A stretch of 64,000 nt of DNA, from positions 3,252 through 67,251 of the forward strand of contig JAGAPL010000076.1 of assembly GCA_017623255.1 (NCBI GenBank). Direction: 5' to 3'. Below are positions 44,830 to 53,700 of this stretch, one piece after another. The translations under genes were made by a program, and so were the position numbers. Below the pieces are notes generated by a model, which had not been told where the DNA came from, ran no database searches, and saw nothing but the letters and a program-made list of their open reading frames with translations. Origin of the DNA: Clostridia bacterium (GTDB lineage Bacteria > Bacillota > Clostridia > Oscillospirales > CAG-272). The number at the start of each line of letters is the position of its first letter. Within the stretch, counting starts at the first letter, position 1.

Positions 44830-45786
44830 TCAGTTCTCGTCTGTGATTTCCGCTACCTGAGTTTTATCATTTTTAGCTTTTTTTTGCAGAACTGTCAGTT
44901 GATCTCTGTGGAAACTTTTAATGATTTCTCCGTTTTTATCGGGAATAACAACTTTGCATATACCTGTGAGAGGAGCTATCTCACGTACGAATCCGATTCC
45001 GTCGGGAGTTTTAACTTTGCTGTCAACGGGAGGAGTTCTTTTAAGTTCTTCTTCGTACACGTCGCTTTCGTACCTGAGGCAGCACATCAATCTTCCGCAG
45101 GTCCCTGATATTTTTGCGGAGTTGAGGCTAAGATTCTGTTCTTTTGCCATTTTGATAGAAACCTGAACAAAGTCGGAAAGGAATGTGGCGCAGCAGAAGG
45201 GACGACCGCAAACGCCGATGCCACCCATCATTTTTGCTTCATCTCTTATTCCTATCTGACGGAGCTCAATTCTTGTGTGGAAAACGGCTGCAAGGTCTTT
45301 AACGAGCTCTCTGAAATCAACTCTGCCTTCTGCTGAAAAATAGAAAAGAAGTTTGCTGTTATCAAAAGTATATTCAGCTTCGATCAGCTTCATTTCAAGC
45401 TTATGTTTTGCAATCATCTGAAGGCAAGTATCAAAAGCCTGCTTTTCCAGCTGTTTATTTGATTCATAACGCTGGATATCATCGTTTGTAGCAACTCTTT
45501 CAACCTCGCGCAAAGGGGGAACAATTTCAGAGGATGGAACGATTTTGTTTTCGCAAGCAACAAATCCAAATTCGATTCCTCTGGATGTGCGAACAATAAC
45601 CTTGTCATCAAGCTGAAATTTCATTCCTTCGGGTGAAAAATAGTAGGTTTTACCGGCGGGCTTGAACTTTACGCCGATAACCTCAAATTCAGAAGGCATT
45701 TCAATTTCTTCAACTTCTGTATTTATATTGTTTTGGTTTTCCATTTGAGTATATCCTTTTCTCGTAATTATCTGTTTTCTTTCCAT
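44830..45786 (-). CDS. ricT: PSP1-domain protein RicT/YaaT (stage 0 sporulation family)
   Basis: It has VIGVKFKPAGKTYYFSP and the Cys cluster GVCGRPFCCATF...GTCGRLMCCLRYE. The start is uncertain (45786 overlapping holB, or 45744). Confidence 0.8.
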   Translation of the reverse strand: MERKQIITRKGYTQMENQNNINTEVEEIEMPSEFEVIGVKFKPAGKTYYFSPEGMKFQLDDKVIVRTSRGIEFGFVACENKIVPSSEIVPPLREVERVATNDDIQRYESNKQLEKQAFDTCLQMIAKHKLEMKLIEAEYTFDNSKLLFYFSAEGRVDFRELVKDLAAVFHTRIELRQIGIRDEAKMMGGIGVCGRPFCCATFLSDFVQVSIKMAKEQNLSLNSAKISGTCGRLMCCLRYESDVYEEELKRTPPVDSKVKTPDGIGFVREIAPLTGICKVVIPDKNGEIIKSFHRDQLTVLQKKAKNDKTQVAEITDEN

Positions 45787-46799
45787 GCGTTAGCCGCAAG
45801 CGTGCAAAAAACCGTACTTATAGAAGCATTTTTTCTGCATATATCGTCTTGGGCTGCTTCAAGAAGTCTGTAAACACCAAGCAATCTCGGAAGAGTTGTT
45901 TTTACAGCTTCAGCGTGCGCCTTTTCTGTGTCAGTATAAAAAAGCGTACTGTGATTTCCGTTTTTGAGGGCAATATAATCTCTGACGGCGGACATTGCGT
46001 AGAACAAAATATCCTCGCATTCTGTTCTTTTGCTGTCAATAGTTCTGCAGAAGTTGACAGCTTCGGCAGATCCTGCAAAAATCAGCGCATAAACAAGCTG
46101 TTCTGCTATTTCTCTGTATTTGAGAACGGGGGAGGATTCTGATTTGCTGCACAACAAAATAGCGCTTCCAAGCGATCCTGATGCTGCAGATGCAGCGGTC
46201 TGAAGCTTGTTTTCATCTCTTTCAGAAATAGTTCCTTCGCTCCTCATTTTATGGAGTGTTTCAAGAATAAAAGGCGCAGAAAGCATTTCCGTTTTTAGAG
46301 TATGTGCGCGGCTGCGAATAGTTTCAAGCAAAGCGCCCGAATCAGTAGTCAGTAAAATAAAAACGACGTGAGCAGGAGGCTCTTCCAATGATAATAAAAG
46401 GGAGTTCTGAGCCTGAGCTGTCATTTTGTCAGCTTCTTCAATTATGTATATTTTATAGTCGCCGTCATCGGGGAGATAGCCAATGCCTGAAAGCATATTT
46501 CGTATAACGTCAACCTGAAAGGTAGCATTATTTCCGCGGTTAACGAACTGAACATCGGTTGAATAACCGGCAGCTATTTTTGCACATGAAGGGCAAATGC
46601 CGCAAGGAAGATCAAAACCATCCTTGCCTTTGTTGTGACATAGTATTGCCATAGCGATCTGAAGAGCGGCTGTATGCTTTCCGCTTCCGTCGGGGCCGTC
46701 TATAATATATGCGTGAGAGTGCTTGCTGTTGCGTATATCTGCTCCGCAAAGGTTTTTGATCGCATTGTTGCCAAGGAGCTTCGGGAAAATATTATTCAT
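45768..46799 (-). CDS. holB: DNA polymerase III subunit delta'
   Basis: It has HAYIIDGPDGSGKHT, a zinc module CGICPSC, and LLLSLEEPP. The ATG at 46799 lies 5 nt after AAGGAG. Confidence 0.85.
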   Translation of the reverse strand: MNNIFPKLLGNNAIKNLCGADIRNSKHSHAYIIDGPDGSGKHTAALQIAMAILCHNKGKDGFDLPCGICPSCAKIAAGYSTDVQFVNRGNNATFQVDVIRNMLSGIGYLPDDGDYKIYIIEEADKMTAQAQNSLLLSLEEPPAHVVFILLTTDSGALLETIRSRAHTLKTEMLSAPFILETLHKMRSEGTISERDENKLQTAASAASGSLGSAILLCSKSESSPVLKYREIAEQLVYALIFAGSAEAVNFCRTIDSKRTECEDILFYAMSAVRDYIALKNGNHSTLFYTDTEKAHAEAVKTTLPRLLGVYRLLEAAQDDICRKNASISTVFCTLAANAWKENR

Positions 46800-46960
46800 A
46801 AAAACTCCTTTCAAAAAATACAGTACATTTCATTATATCAAATTATTTTAAGATTGTCAAACAAAACATATATAAGAATATCATCCTCAATATAACTTGT
46901 TTTTTTGATTATAGTTGAGGAAAAATAATTATGCTTCCGTTGAATAATCAGGTGGAACGA

Positions 46961-47533
46961 ATGCGGAAATATTTTAAAATTGTAAGTGGAGTAGTTTTGT
47001 TTTTGCAAATGATAGCTTTGTTTTACGGTATAAATACGATTTACTCTTATGCCGAAAATATAGAGAACAGTACAAATGTATTTTTGACATCGACAAATCA
47101 AAAATTGACAGGTGTAAAATATAATGAAAAAGTGCAAAATTCCGCAAAGAAAGCAGCCGAGAATATTTTAGGCAACGGGATAAAATTCAAAGCTTCTGAA
47201 TTTTGCGGTGAAGAGAATAAAATTGTCTGCTATACAAAGAACGTTTATATGGAGCTTAATATTAACAGTATGCAGCCACAGTTTATTGTTTATGAGTGCA
47301 GCATAGGAAATGCAAGTAAATCTAATGTGGAATGTGAAACTGCAGTTGAGAGATTTGTATTCAGAAATATGCCACGCAAAGCAAAAGCAAAGGATGCTGA
47401 AATTCACTGCGACAGTTTCAATGATAAAACAGCGGAATATCATTTGAATTTTGCAAACGGAACTGTTTGGGCAGTTGTGAGACGAGATACAGGCACCGTT
47501 ATTTATTATGATGCAAGCGAGTTGTTTTTATAA
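46961..47533 (+). CDS. hypothetical secreted/membrane-anchored protein
   Basis: The ATG at 46961 lies 5 nt after AGGTGG. It has an N-terminal TM or signal segment (IVSGVVLFLQMIALFYGI). I recognise no family. Confidence 0.45.
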   Translation: MRKYFKIVSGVVLFLQMIALFYGINTIYSYAENIENSTNVFLTSTNQKLTGVKYNEKVQNSAKKAAENILGNGIKFKASEFCGEENKIVCYTKNVYMELNINSMQPQFIVYECSIGNASKSNVECETAVERFVFRNMPRKAKAKDAEIHCDSFNDKTAEYHLNFANGTVWAVVRRDTGTVIYYDASELFL

Positions 47534-47639
47534 AGATATTAATTATATGTATATTTATCTTATAAAGCTTGAAAAAAGGCAAAAAGTATGGTATCATTAA
47601 TAAGATGGCATATTATGCAGAAATGTTTTGGAGGTAAGT

Positions 47640-48749
47640 ATGAAAATAGGTATTCTTGGTTTTGGCAGTATGGGCAAAACACACGCGTATTCTATATCAA
47701 ACCTGAAATATTTCTATTCACCGCTAAACTTTTCAGCAGAAGTCAAAGGCATTTGCACCAGAAATATAGCAAGAGCTGAAGCTCTTTGCGAGCAGTATGG
47801 TGTGGGCAAAGCTTATGCTGATGAGGATGAAATGATAAACGATCCTGAAATTGATGTCATAGATATATGCACACCAAACATCGCTCATTATGAAACCTTA
47901 AAAAAAGCAATAAAAGCAGGAAAACACATTTATTGTGAAAAGCCGCTTTGCACAACTGCAGCTGAAGCTCTTGAAATTGCCGAACTTGCAAAAGAAAAGA
48001 ATATAACCTGCGCTGTCGTTTTTAACACGAGATTTTTATTGCCGGTTATTCGGGCAAAGGAACTTGTTGAGGCAGGAAAGATTGGGGATGTACTTTCTTT
48101 CAGAGGAGCATTTCTACACAGCAGCTCTGCTGACCCCAATAAGCCTGCAGGCTGGAAACAGAATAAAGATATATGTGGAGGCGGAGTCCTTTTTGATCTT
48201 GGCTCTCATATAATTGATTTGATCTATCATCTTTGCGGAGAATTTGAAGCAGTTACCGGAATGTCCCAGATTGCATATAAAACAAGAGCGGGTATGGACG
48301 GAAATAATTGGGAAACCAACGCCGACGAAGCTTTTTATATGACGGCGCGCCTGAAAAACGGTGCTTGCGGAACAATTTCGGTAGGCAAAATAATGCATGG
48401 AACAAACGATGATCACTCGTTTGAAATTTACGGAACAAAGGGAAGCCTTAAGTTCGATCTTATGGATCCCAATTTCCTTTGGTTTTATGATGCAACAGCT
48501 CCGGAAAACGTCAGAGGCTATACAAAGGTTGAGTGCTGCGGAAGATATGCGGCGCCGGGCGGAGTTTTCCCGGGAGTTAAAGCACCTATAGGTTGGTTGA
48601 GAGGCCATGTGGGCAGTATGTATAATTTTCTATCTGCCGTAGCTGATGGTAAAAAAACGAATCCTTCGTTTGACGATGCCGCGCACGTGCAAGCAGTTAT
48701 GGAGGCAGCTTATCGCTCTGCTGAAACGGGAAAGCTGGAAAACGTATGA
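47640..48749 (+). CDS. Gfo/Idh/MocA family oxidoreductase
   Basis: The Rossmann start is MKIGILGFGSMGKTHA, and CEKP is also present. The ATG lies 5 nt after GGAGG. Confidence 0.8.
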   Translation: MKIGILGFGSMGKTHAYSISNLKYFYSPLNFSAEVKGICTRNIARAEALCEQYGVGKAYADEDEMINDPEIDVIDICTPNIAHYETLKKAIKAGKHIYCEKPLCTTAAEALEIAELAKEKNITCAVVFNTRFLLPVIRAKELVEAGKIGDVLSFRGAFLHSSSADPNKPAGWKQNKDICGGGVLFDLGSHIIDLIYHLCGEFEAVTGMSQIAYKTRAGMDGNNWETNADEAFYMTARLKNGACGTISVGKIMHGTNDDHSFEIYGTKGSLKFDLMDPNFLWFYDATAPENVRGYTKVECCGRYAAPGGVFPGVKAPIGWLRGHVGSMYNFLSAVADGKKTNPSFDDAAHVQAVMEAAYRSAETGKLENV

Positions 48750-49369
48750 TCATTGATGGACTCAAAGTCATAGGTATATGTGGCAGAAGCGGTTCGGGCA
48801 AGGGATATGTCAGCCGTATGTTTTCCTTGTTCGGAATTCCTTCAGTTGATACTGATGCCGTGTATAAAGGTATAATTTCCGGAGGGGCAAGAACAGAATG
48901 TGTGGGTGAGCTTGTTTCCGTTTTCGGTTCCTCCATTGTAGACGATGAAGGGAATCTTATGAAGCGAAAGCTGGCAAACATAGTTTTTGCCGATGGTGCT
49001 TCAGATAAGCTTGCGATTCTTAATCAGATCACCCATAAGTACATACTTGCTGAAACGCTCAGACTTCTCAGTGAATACAGAAAAATGGGCAAAAAAGCCG
49101 CAATAATAGATGCTCCCGTTCTCTTTGAAAGCGGATTTGATTATTATTGTGATATAAAGCTTTGCGTAACAGCCCCCGAGGATATTCTTGTGGAGAGAAT
49201 CTGTGATCGTGATGGTATATCAGCTGTTGAAGCAAAAATGCGACTTGATAAACAGATGCCTGTAAGCCGTCTTCGCCAACTTTGTGACGCAGAGATAGTA
49301 AACAACGGCAAAACTGATATTATCGCGCAGATAAAGGGAATAATTGAGCAATTTGATCTTGATAAATAA
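48746..49369 (+). CDS. coaE: dephospho-CoA kinase
   Basis: It has the P-loop IGICGRSGSGKG and the segment DAPVLFESG. The start overlaps the upstream stop (ATGA). Confidence 0.85.
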   Translation: MIIDGLKVIGICGRSGSGKGYVSRMFSLFGIPSVDTDAVYKGIISGGARTECVGELVSVFGSSIVDDEGNLMKRKLANIVFADGASDKLAILNQITHKYILAETLRLLSEYRKMGKKAAIIDAPVLFESGFDYYCDIKLCVTAPEDILVERICDRDGISAVEAKMRLDKQMPVSRLRQLCDAEIVNNGKTDIIAQIKGIIEQFDLDK

Positions 49370-49390
49370 GTTTATGCAAGGAGATTTCTT

Positions 49391-49966
49391 ATGAAATATA
49401 AGGAAGCGCTGATGCGCAGTGTGGTTATTATAACTATATTGGTATTGTCAGTCATTTGCGGACTTTTGTTTCAGTTTTTTTATGATAAATATGAGCGAAA
49501 TGCGTATCCAAAGGAATATGAGGAGTATGTAGAAAAATATGCGTCTCAGTATGGTGTTCCGGAATCAATAGTGTACGCAGTTATAAAAACCGAAAGCGGA
49601 TATGATTCAGGAGCTGTTTCCAAAGCAGGAGCAGTTGGTCTGATGCAGATGATGCCTGATACATTCAATTGGCTTACAACGCTCACAAAGGAAAATCTTG
49701 ATAAAGGTCTTTTGTATGATCCTGAAACAAACATAAAATACGGAACATACTATCTATCGTATCTCTATCTTAAATACGGAAGTTGGGACACAGTTTATGC
49801 TGCCTATAACGCAGGCGAAGGCAATGTAGATGATTGGCTTGGTGATGCGCTTGAAGCAGACGGCGCCAAAAAGCTTGGCGATGTTCCGTTTAAGGAAACA
49901 GAAAACTATATCAAAAAAGTAAACAAAGCAGCTGAAATATATGACAGACTGTATTATAAAGCATAA
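49391..49966 (+). CDS. lytic transglycosylase (SLT domain), membrane anchored
   Basis: It has one N-terminal TM helix and the segments VIKTESGYDSGAVSKAGAVGLMQMMP and AAYNAGEGNV. Confidence 0.8.
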   Translation: MKYKEALMRSVVIITILVLSVICGLLFQFFYDKYERNAYPKEYEEYVEKYASQYGVPESIVYAVIKTESGYDSGAVSKAGAVGLMQMMPDTFNWLTTLTKENLDKGLLYDPETNIKYGTYYLSYLYLKYGSWDTVYAAYNAGEGNVDDWLGDALEADGAKKLGDVPFKETENYIKKVNKAAEIYDRLYYKA

Positions 49967-49984
49967 TTAACGGAGGTTAATAAA

Positions 49985-51400
49985 ATGGAAATGGAAAACA
50001 AAACAAAGGGTGAACTGCTTCGTGAAGAACTTTTTTACACAAAAAAGAATATTTTTGAAGTAAGAACATTAGAACAGCTTGAAGAGGCAAGAGAATATGC
50101 AAAGGGATATGCAGAATATCTTGATAACTCTAAAACAGAGAGAGAAGCAGTTGATACAACAATAAAGATGCTCAAAGAAAGAGGATACGCAGAGTATTCT
50201 CTTGGTGATAAAGTTGTTCCCGGAGGAAAGTACTATCTCAACAATCGCGGCAAGGAAATCTTTGCTTTCAGAATGGGTAGCGAAAGCCTTAACGAAGGTA
50301 TGCGTATCAGCGCAGCCCATATTGATAGTCCCCGACTTGACCTGAAGCAGCATCCTCTTTTTGAGGACGGCGGTTTCGGCTACCTTAAAACACATTATTA
50401 TGGTGGTATCAGAAAGTATCAGTGGCCCACAGTTCAGCTCGCTCTCCACGGAGTTGTAACAAAGCGCGGCGGTGAAACAGTTGAGATCAATATCGGTGAA
50501 GATGCAGGCGATCCTGTATTTGTTATTACAGATCTTCTTCCTCATCTCAGCGGTGATCAGAACAAAAAGCCTCTTGCAACAGCTTTCTCAGGAGAAGGCC
50601 TTAACCTTCTTGTTGGTTCCACACCTTTTTATGAGGATGACGGCACAGTAACAAAGGTTGATGAAAAGGTAAAACTCAATATTATGGCAATGCTTAACGA
50701 GAAGTACGGAATTGTTGAAAGCGATTTCGTATGTGCTGAACTTTGCGCAGTTCCTGCAGGCAAAAGCGTTGATGTAGGCCTTGACAGATGGCTTCTCGGC
50801 GGTTATGGACACGATGATAAAGTTTGTGCATATCCTGCCCTCACAGCTCTCTGGGCAACAGACGATAGTGTACATACAGTAGTTTGCGTTCTCGCTGATA
50901 AGGAAGAAACAGGTAGTGATGGCCCCACAGGTATGCAGAGCTGGATTCTTTCCGATCTGATTGATGAACTTTGTGCTGTTACAGGGGCTGACTCCAATAT
51001 CTGCCGTTCCAAGTCAATGTGTCTCTCTGCGGACGTAAGCGCAGGCTACGATCCTCTTTATTCTGAAGTGTTTGAAAAGCGTAACTCCGCAATCGTAAAC
51101 TGCGGTGTAGTTATGAATAAGTACACAGGCGCAGGCGGAAAGTATTCCACAAACGATGCAACAGCAGAATTTGTTGGCAAGGTAAGAGATATGTTTGGTG
51201 AGGATGTTCTCTGGCAGACAGCAGAGCTTGGTAAGATCGACGTTGGCGGCGGCGGAACAGTTGCGAAGTATATCTCCAACTGTAACATTGACACAGTGGA
51301 CGTAGGAGTTCCCGTGCTTTCCATGCACGCTCCCTTTGAAGTTATTTCCAAGGGTGACCTTTACGAAACACATAAGGCATTTGTTGCTTTCTGCAAATGA
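49985..51400 (+). CDS. M18-family aminopeptidase
   Basis: The 471-aa protein has AAHIDSPRLDLK, GHDDKVCAY and SMHAPFE, which are typical of M18 aminopeptidases. Confidence 0.75.
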   Translation: MEMENKTKGELLREELFYTKKNIFEVRTLEQLEEAREYAKGYAEYLDNSKTEREAVDTTIKMLKERGYAEYSLGDKVVPGGKYYLNNRGKEIFAFRMGSESLNEGMRISAAHIDSPRLDLKQHPLFEDGGFGYLKTHYYGGIRKYQWPTVQLALHGVVTKRGGETVEINIGEDAGDPVFVITDLLPHLSGDQNKKPLATAFSGEGLNLLVGSTPFYEDDGTVTKVDEKVKLNIMAMLNEKYGIVESDFVCAELCAVPAGKSVDVGLDRWLLGGYGHDDKVCAYPALTALWATDDSVHTVVCVLADKEETGSDGPTGMQSWILSDLIDELCAVTGADSNICRSKSMCLSADVSAGYDPLYSEVFEKRNSAIVNCGVVMNKYTGAGGKYSTNDATAEFVGKVRDMFGEDVLWQTAELGKIDVGGGGTVAKYISNCNIDTVDVGVPVLSMHAPFEVISKGDLYETHKAFVAFCK

Positions 51401-51409
51401 GGATAACTA

Positions 51410-52483
51410 ATGTTAAACAAACTCAAAGAAGTTAAAGAAAAATTTTTATCTATAGAGTCGCGTCTTGCGCTGCCCGAAACTGCTTCTGATAATGAACTCT
51501 ATAAAAAGCTTATGCGCGAATACAAGCATCTCTCACCTATAGTTGAGAAATATGCTGAGTATGAAAAAACTTTGGCTGATGTTGAAGGCGCTCGCGAAAT
51601 AATGGAGGAAGAAACAGATAGCGAAATGCGTGAAATGGCAGCTGAAGAGTATTATAGCGGCAAAGATGAGCTCGTTCGCATTGAAGAAGAACTGAAGGTT
51701 CTGTTGCTGCCTAAAGATCCCAACGATGATAAAAACGTAGTTGTTGAGATCAGAGCGGGAGCAGGCGGTGACGAAGCGGCACTTTTTGCAGGGGTTCTTT
51801 ATCGTATGTATTCAATGTACGCAGAGAGCAAGCGTTGGAAAACTGAACTTATCTCTGCCAATGAAACTGGCCTTGGCGGTTTCAGAGAAATCTCCTTTAT
51901 GATAGACGGTGAGGGCGCATATTCGCGACTGAAATATGAATCCGGAGTTCATCGTGTTCAGCGTGTCCCCGAAACAGAATCCTCAGGCAGAATCCATACT
52001 TCCACAGCAACAGTAGCAGTCCTTCCCGAAGCTGAAGACGTTGAGGTTGAGATCAATCAGAGCGATCTTGAAATCGAAACCTGTAAGTCAAGCGGCGCAG
52101 GTGGACAGCACATTAATAAAACCGAGTCTGCTATCAGAATCATTCATAAACCCACGGGCATCGTAGTTGAGTGCCAGGATGAGCGTAGTCAGCTGAAGAA
52201 CAAGGATAAGGCTATGAAGCTGCTTCGTGCAAAACTCTTTGATATGAAGCAGAGAGAGCAGGCGGATAAGATTGCAAGCGAGCGTCGCTCTCAGGTTGGA
52301 ACCGGCGACCGCAGTGAGCGTATAAGAACCTATAATTTCCGTGAAAACAGAGTATCCGACCACAGAATAGGGCTGACGGTATACACTCTTGATGCCTTTG
52401 TGAACGGTGATATAGACGGTGTTATAGATGCTCTTGCAACAGCTGACACTGCTGAAAAGCTTAAGGGTCAGTCGAATTCATAA
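51410..52483 (+). CDS. prfA: peptide chain release factor 1
   Basis: It has the PET tripeptide (RVPETESSGRIHTST) in the position of the PxT codon-recognition motif, and GGQHINKTESAIRI (GGQ). Confidence 0.95.
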   Translation: MLNKLKEVKEKFLSIESRLALPETASDNELYKKLMREYKHLSPIVEKYAEYEKTLADVEGAREIMEEETDSEMREMAAEEYYSGKDELVRIEEELKVLLLPKDPNDDKNVVVEIRAGAGGDEAALFAGVLYRMYSMYAESKRWKTELISANETGLGGFREISFMIDGEGAYSRLKYESGVHRVQRVPETESSGRIHTSTATVAVLPEAEDVEVEINQSDLEIETCKSSGAGGQHINKTESAIRIIHKPTGIVVECQDERSQLKNKDKAMKLLRAKLFDMKQREQADKIASERRSQVGTGDRSERIRTYNFRENRVSDHRIGLTVYTLDAFVNGDIDGVIDALATADTAEKLKGQSNS

Positions 52484-52529
52484 ATATGCTTAGTTATGGG
52501 GCGGAGTTTTCTCCGCCCACATATTAAAG

Positions 52530-53603
52530 GTGAAAAAATTGAAAACAGAATTAGTGATTCCATCTGCTGCGGTATATGAAAGGGCAGGGAAAATACTCCG
52601 TCAAGGCGGACTTGTTGCGTTTCCCACGGAAACCGTTTACGGTCTCGGCGGAAATGCTCTTGACCCAGATGCCGCAACAAAAATATTTGCGGCTAAAGGC
52701 AGACCGAGCGATAATCCGCTCATAGTTCATATATCCTCCCCTGAAGATGCGGAGAATATTGCATATACAAATGAAACATATTATAAACTTGCAAAAGCGT
52801 TTATGCCGGGTCCCCTCACTGTTGTTCTTCCCAAAAAGGATATAGTGCCCGATTCAGTAACGGGTGGTATAAAAACGGTGGCGGTTCGTTGTCCGTCTCA
52901 TCCCGTAGCAAGAGAACTTATAAGAGTAGCAAAAGTGCCTATAGCGGCACCTTCCGCCAATCTTTCAGGATCTCCATCTCCAACGACTGCGGATTATGTT
53001 ATGCGTGATATGGGTGGCAGAATTGAAATGATAATTGACGGTGGACAGTCGGAAATAGGTGTGGAGAGCACGGTGGTTTCGCTCACAGGTGAGGTGTGTA
53101 CAGTGCTTCGCCCCGGTGATATCATTCCTCGAGAGCTGTATGAAGTTGTTGGCGAAGTCGCTGTAGCAGAGGCAGTAAAAGTGCCTTCGGCTGCAGGCGA
53201 CAATCCCGAATCTCCGGGGATGAAATATAAGCACTATGCTCCCGAAACGCAGCTTATTCTTCTCAGTGGCGAAAGAGAAGACATTATAAGCTATGTAAAT
53301 AATGAAAAAAGAAAAAAAGCAGTGCTTTCGTATTCTGAGGACACTGAAAAATATACAGATGCATATGTAATTGACATAGGCAGCGTAGATGATCCAAAAA
53401 AACAGATGCATAATCTTTTCAAAGCTCTTCGCGATGTTGAAAAGGCAGATGCGGATATCATCTATGCAAATCTCCCTCCCGAAAATGATGATTATCTTGC
53501 GCTCTATAACAGGATGATCCGTGCGTGCGGTGGGGAGGTTGTACCTTGCCTTCCTTTTGAGGAAGGGGGACTGCTTGCGGTGGATGAGGAGTCTACTTTT
53601 TAG
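52530..53603 (+). CDS. L-threonylcarbamoyladenylate synthase (Sua5/YwlC type, with C-terminal Sua5 domain)
   Basis: It has GGLVAFPTETVYGLG, KGRPSDNPLIVH and PSANLSG. The start may instead be TTG at 52539, 6 nt after AAAGGTG. Confidence 0.85.
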   Translation: MKKLKTELVIPSAAVYERAGKILRQGGLVAFPTETVYGLGGNALDPDAATKIFAAKGRPSDNPLIVHISSPEDAENIAYTNETYYKLAKAFMPGPLTVVLPKKDIVPDSVTGGIKTVAVRCPSHPVARELIRVAKVPIAAPSANLSGSPSPTTADYVMRDMGGRIEMIIDGGQSEIGVESTVVSLTGEVCTVLRPGDIIPRELYEVVGEVAVAEAVKVPSAAGDNPESPGMKYKHYAPETQLILLSGEREDIISYVNNEKRKKAVLSYSEDTEKYTDAYVIDIGSVDDPKKQMHNLFKALRDVEKADADIIYANLPPENDDYLALYNRMIRACGGEVVPCLPFEEGGLLAVDEESTF

Positions 53604-53700
53604 TTTTATAAGTTTAGCTAAGCCAAGACGCCTCATTAGTCTCGTAAACTCGACAGCTTCCAACCGGGGAAGCCAAATATTTTAAGGAACGGTAAAGTAA

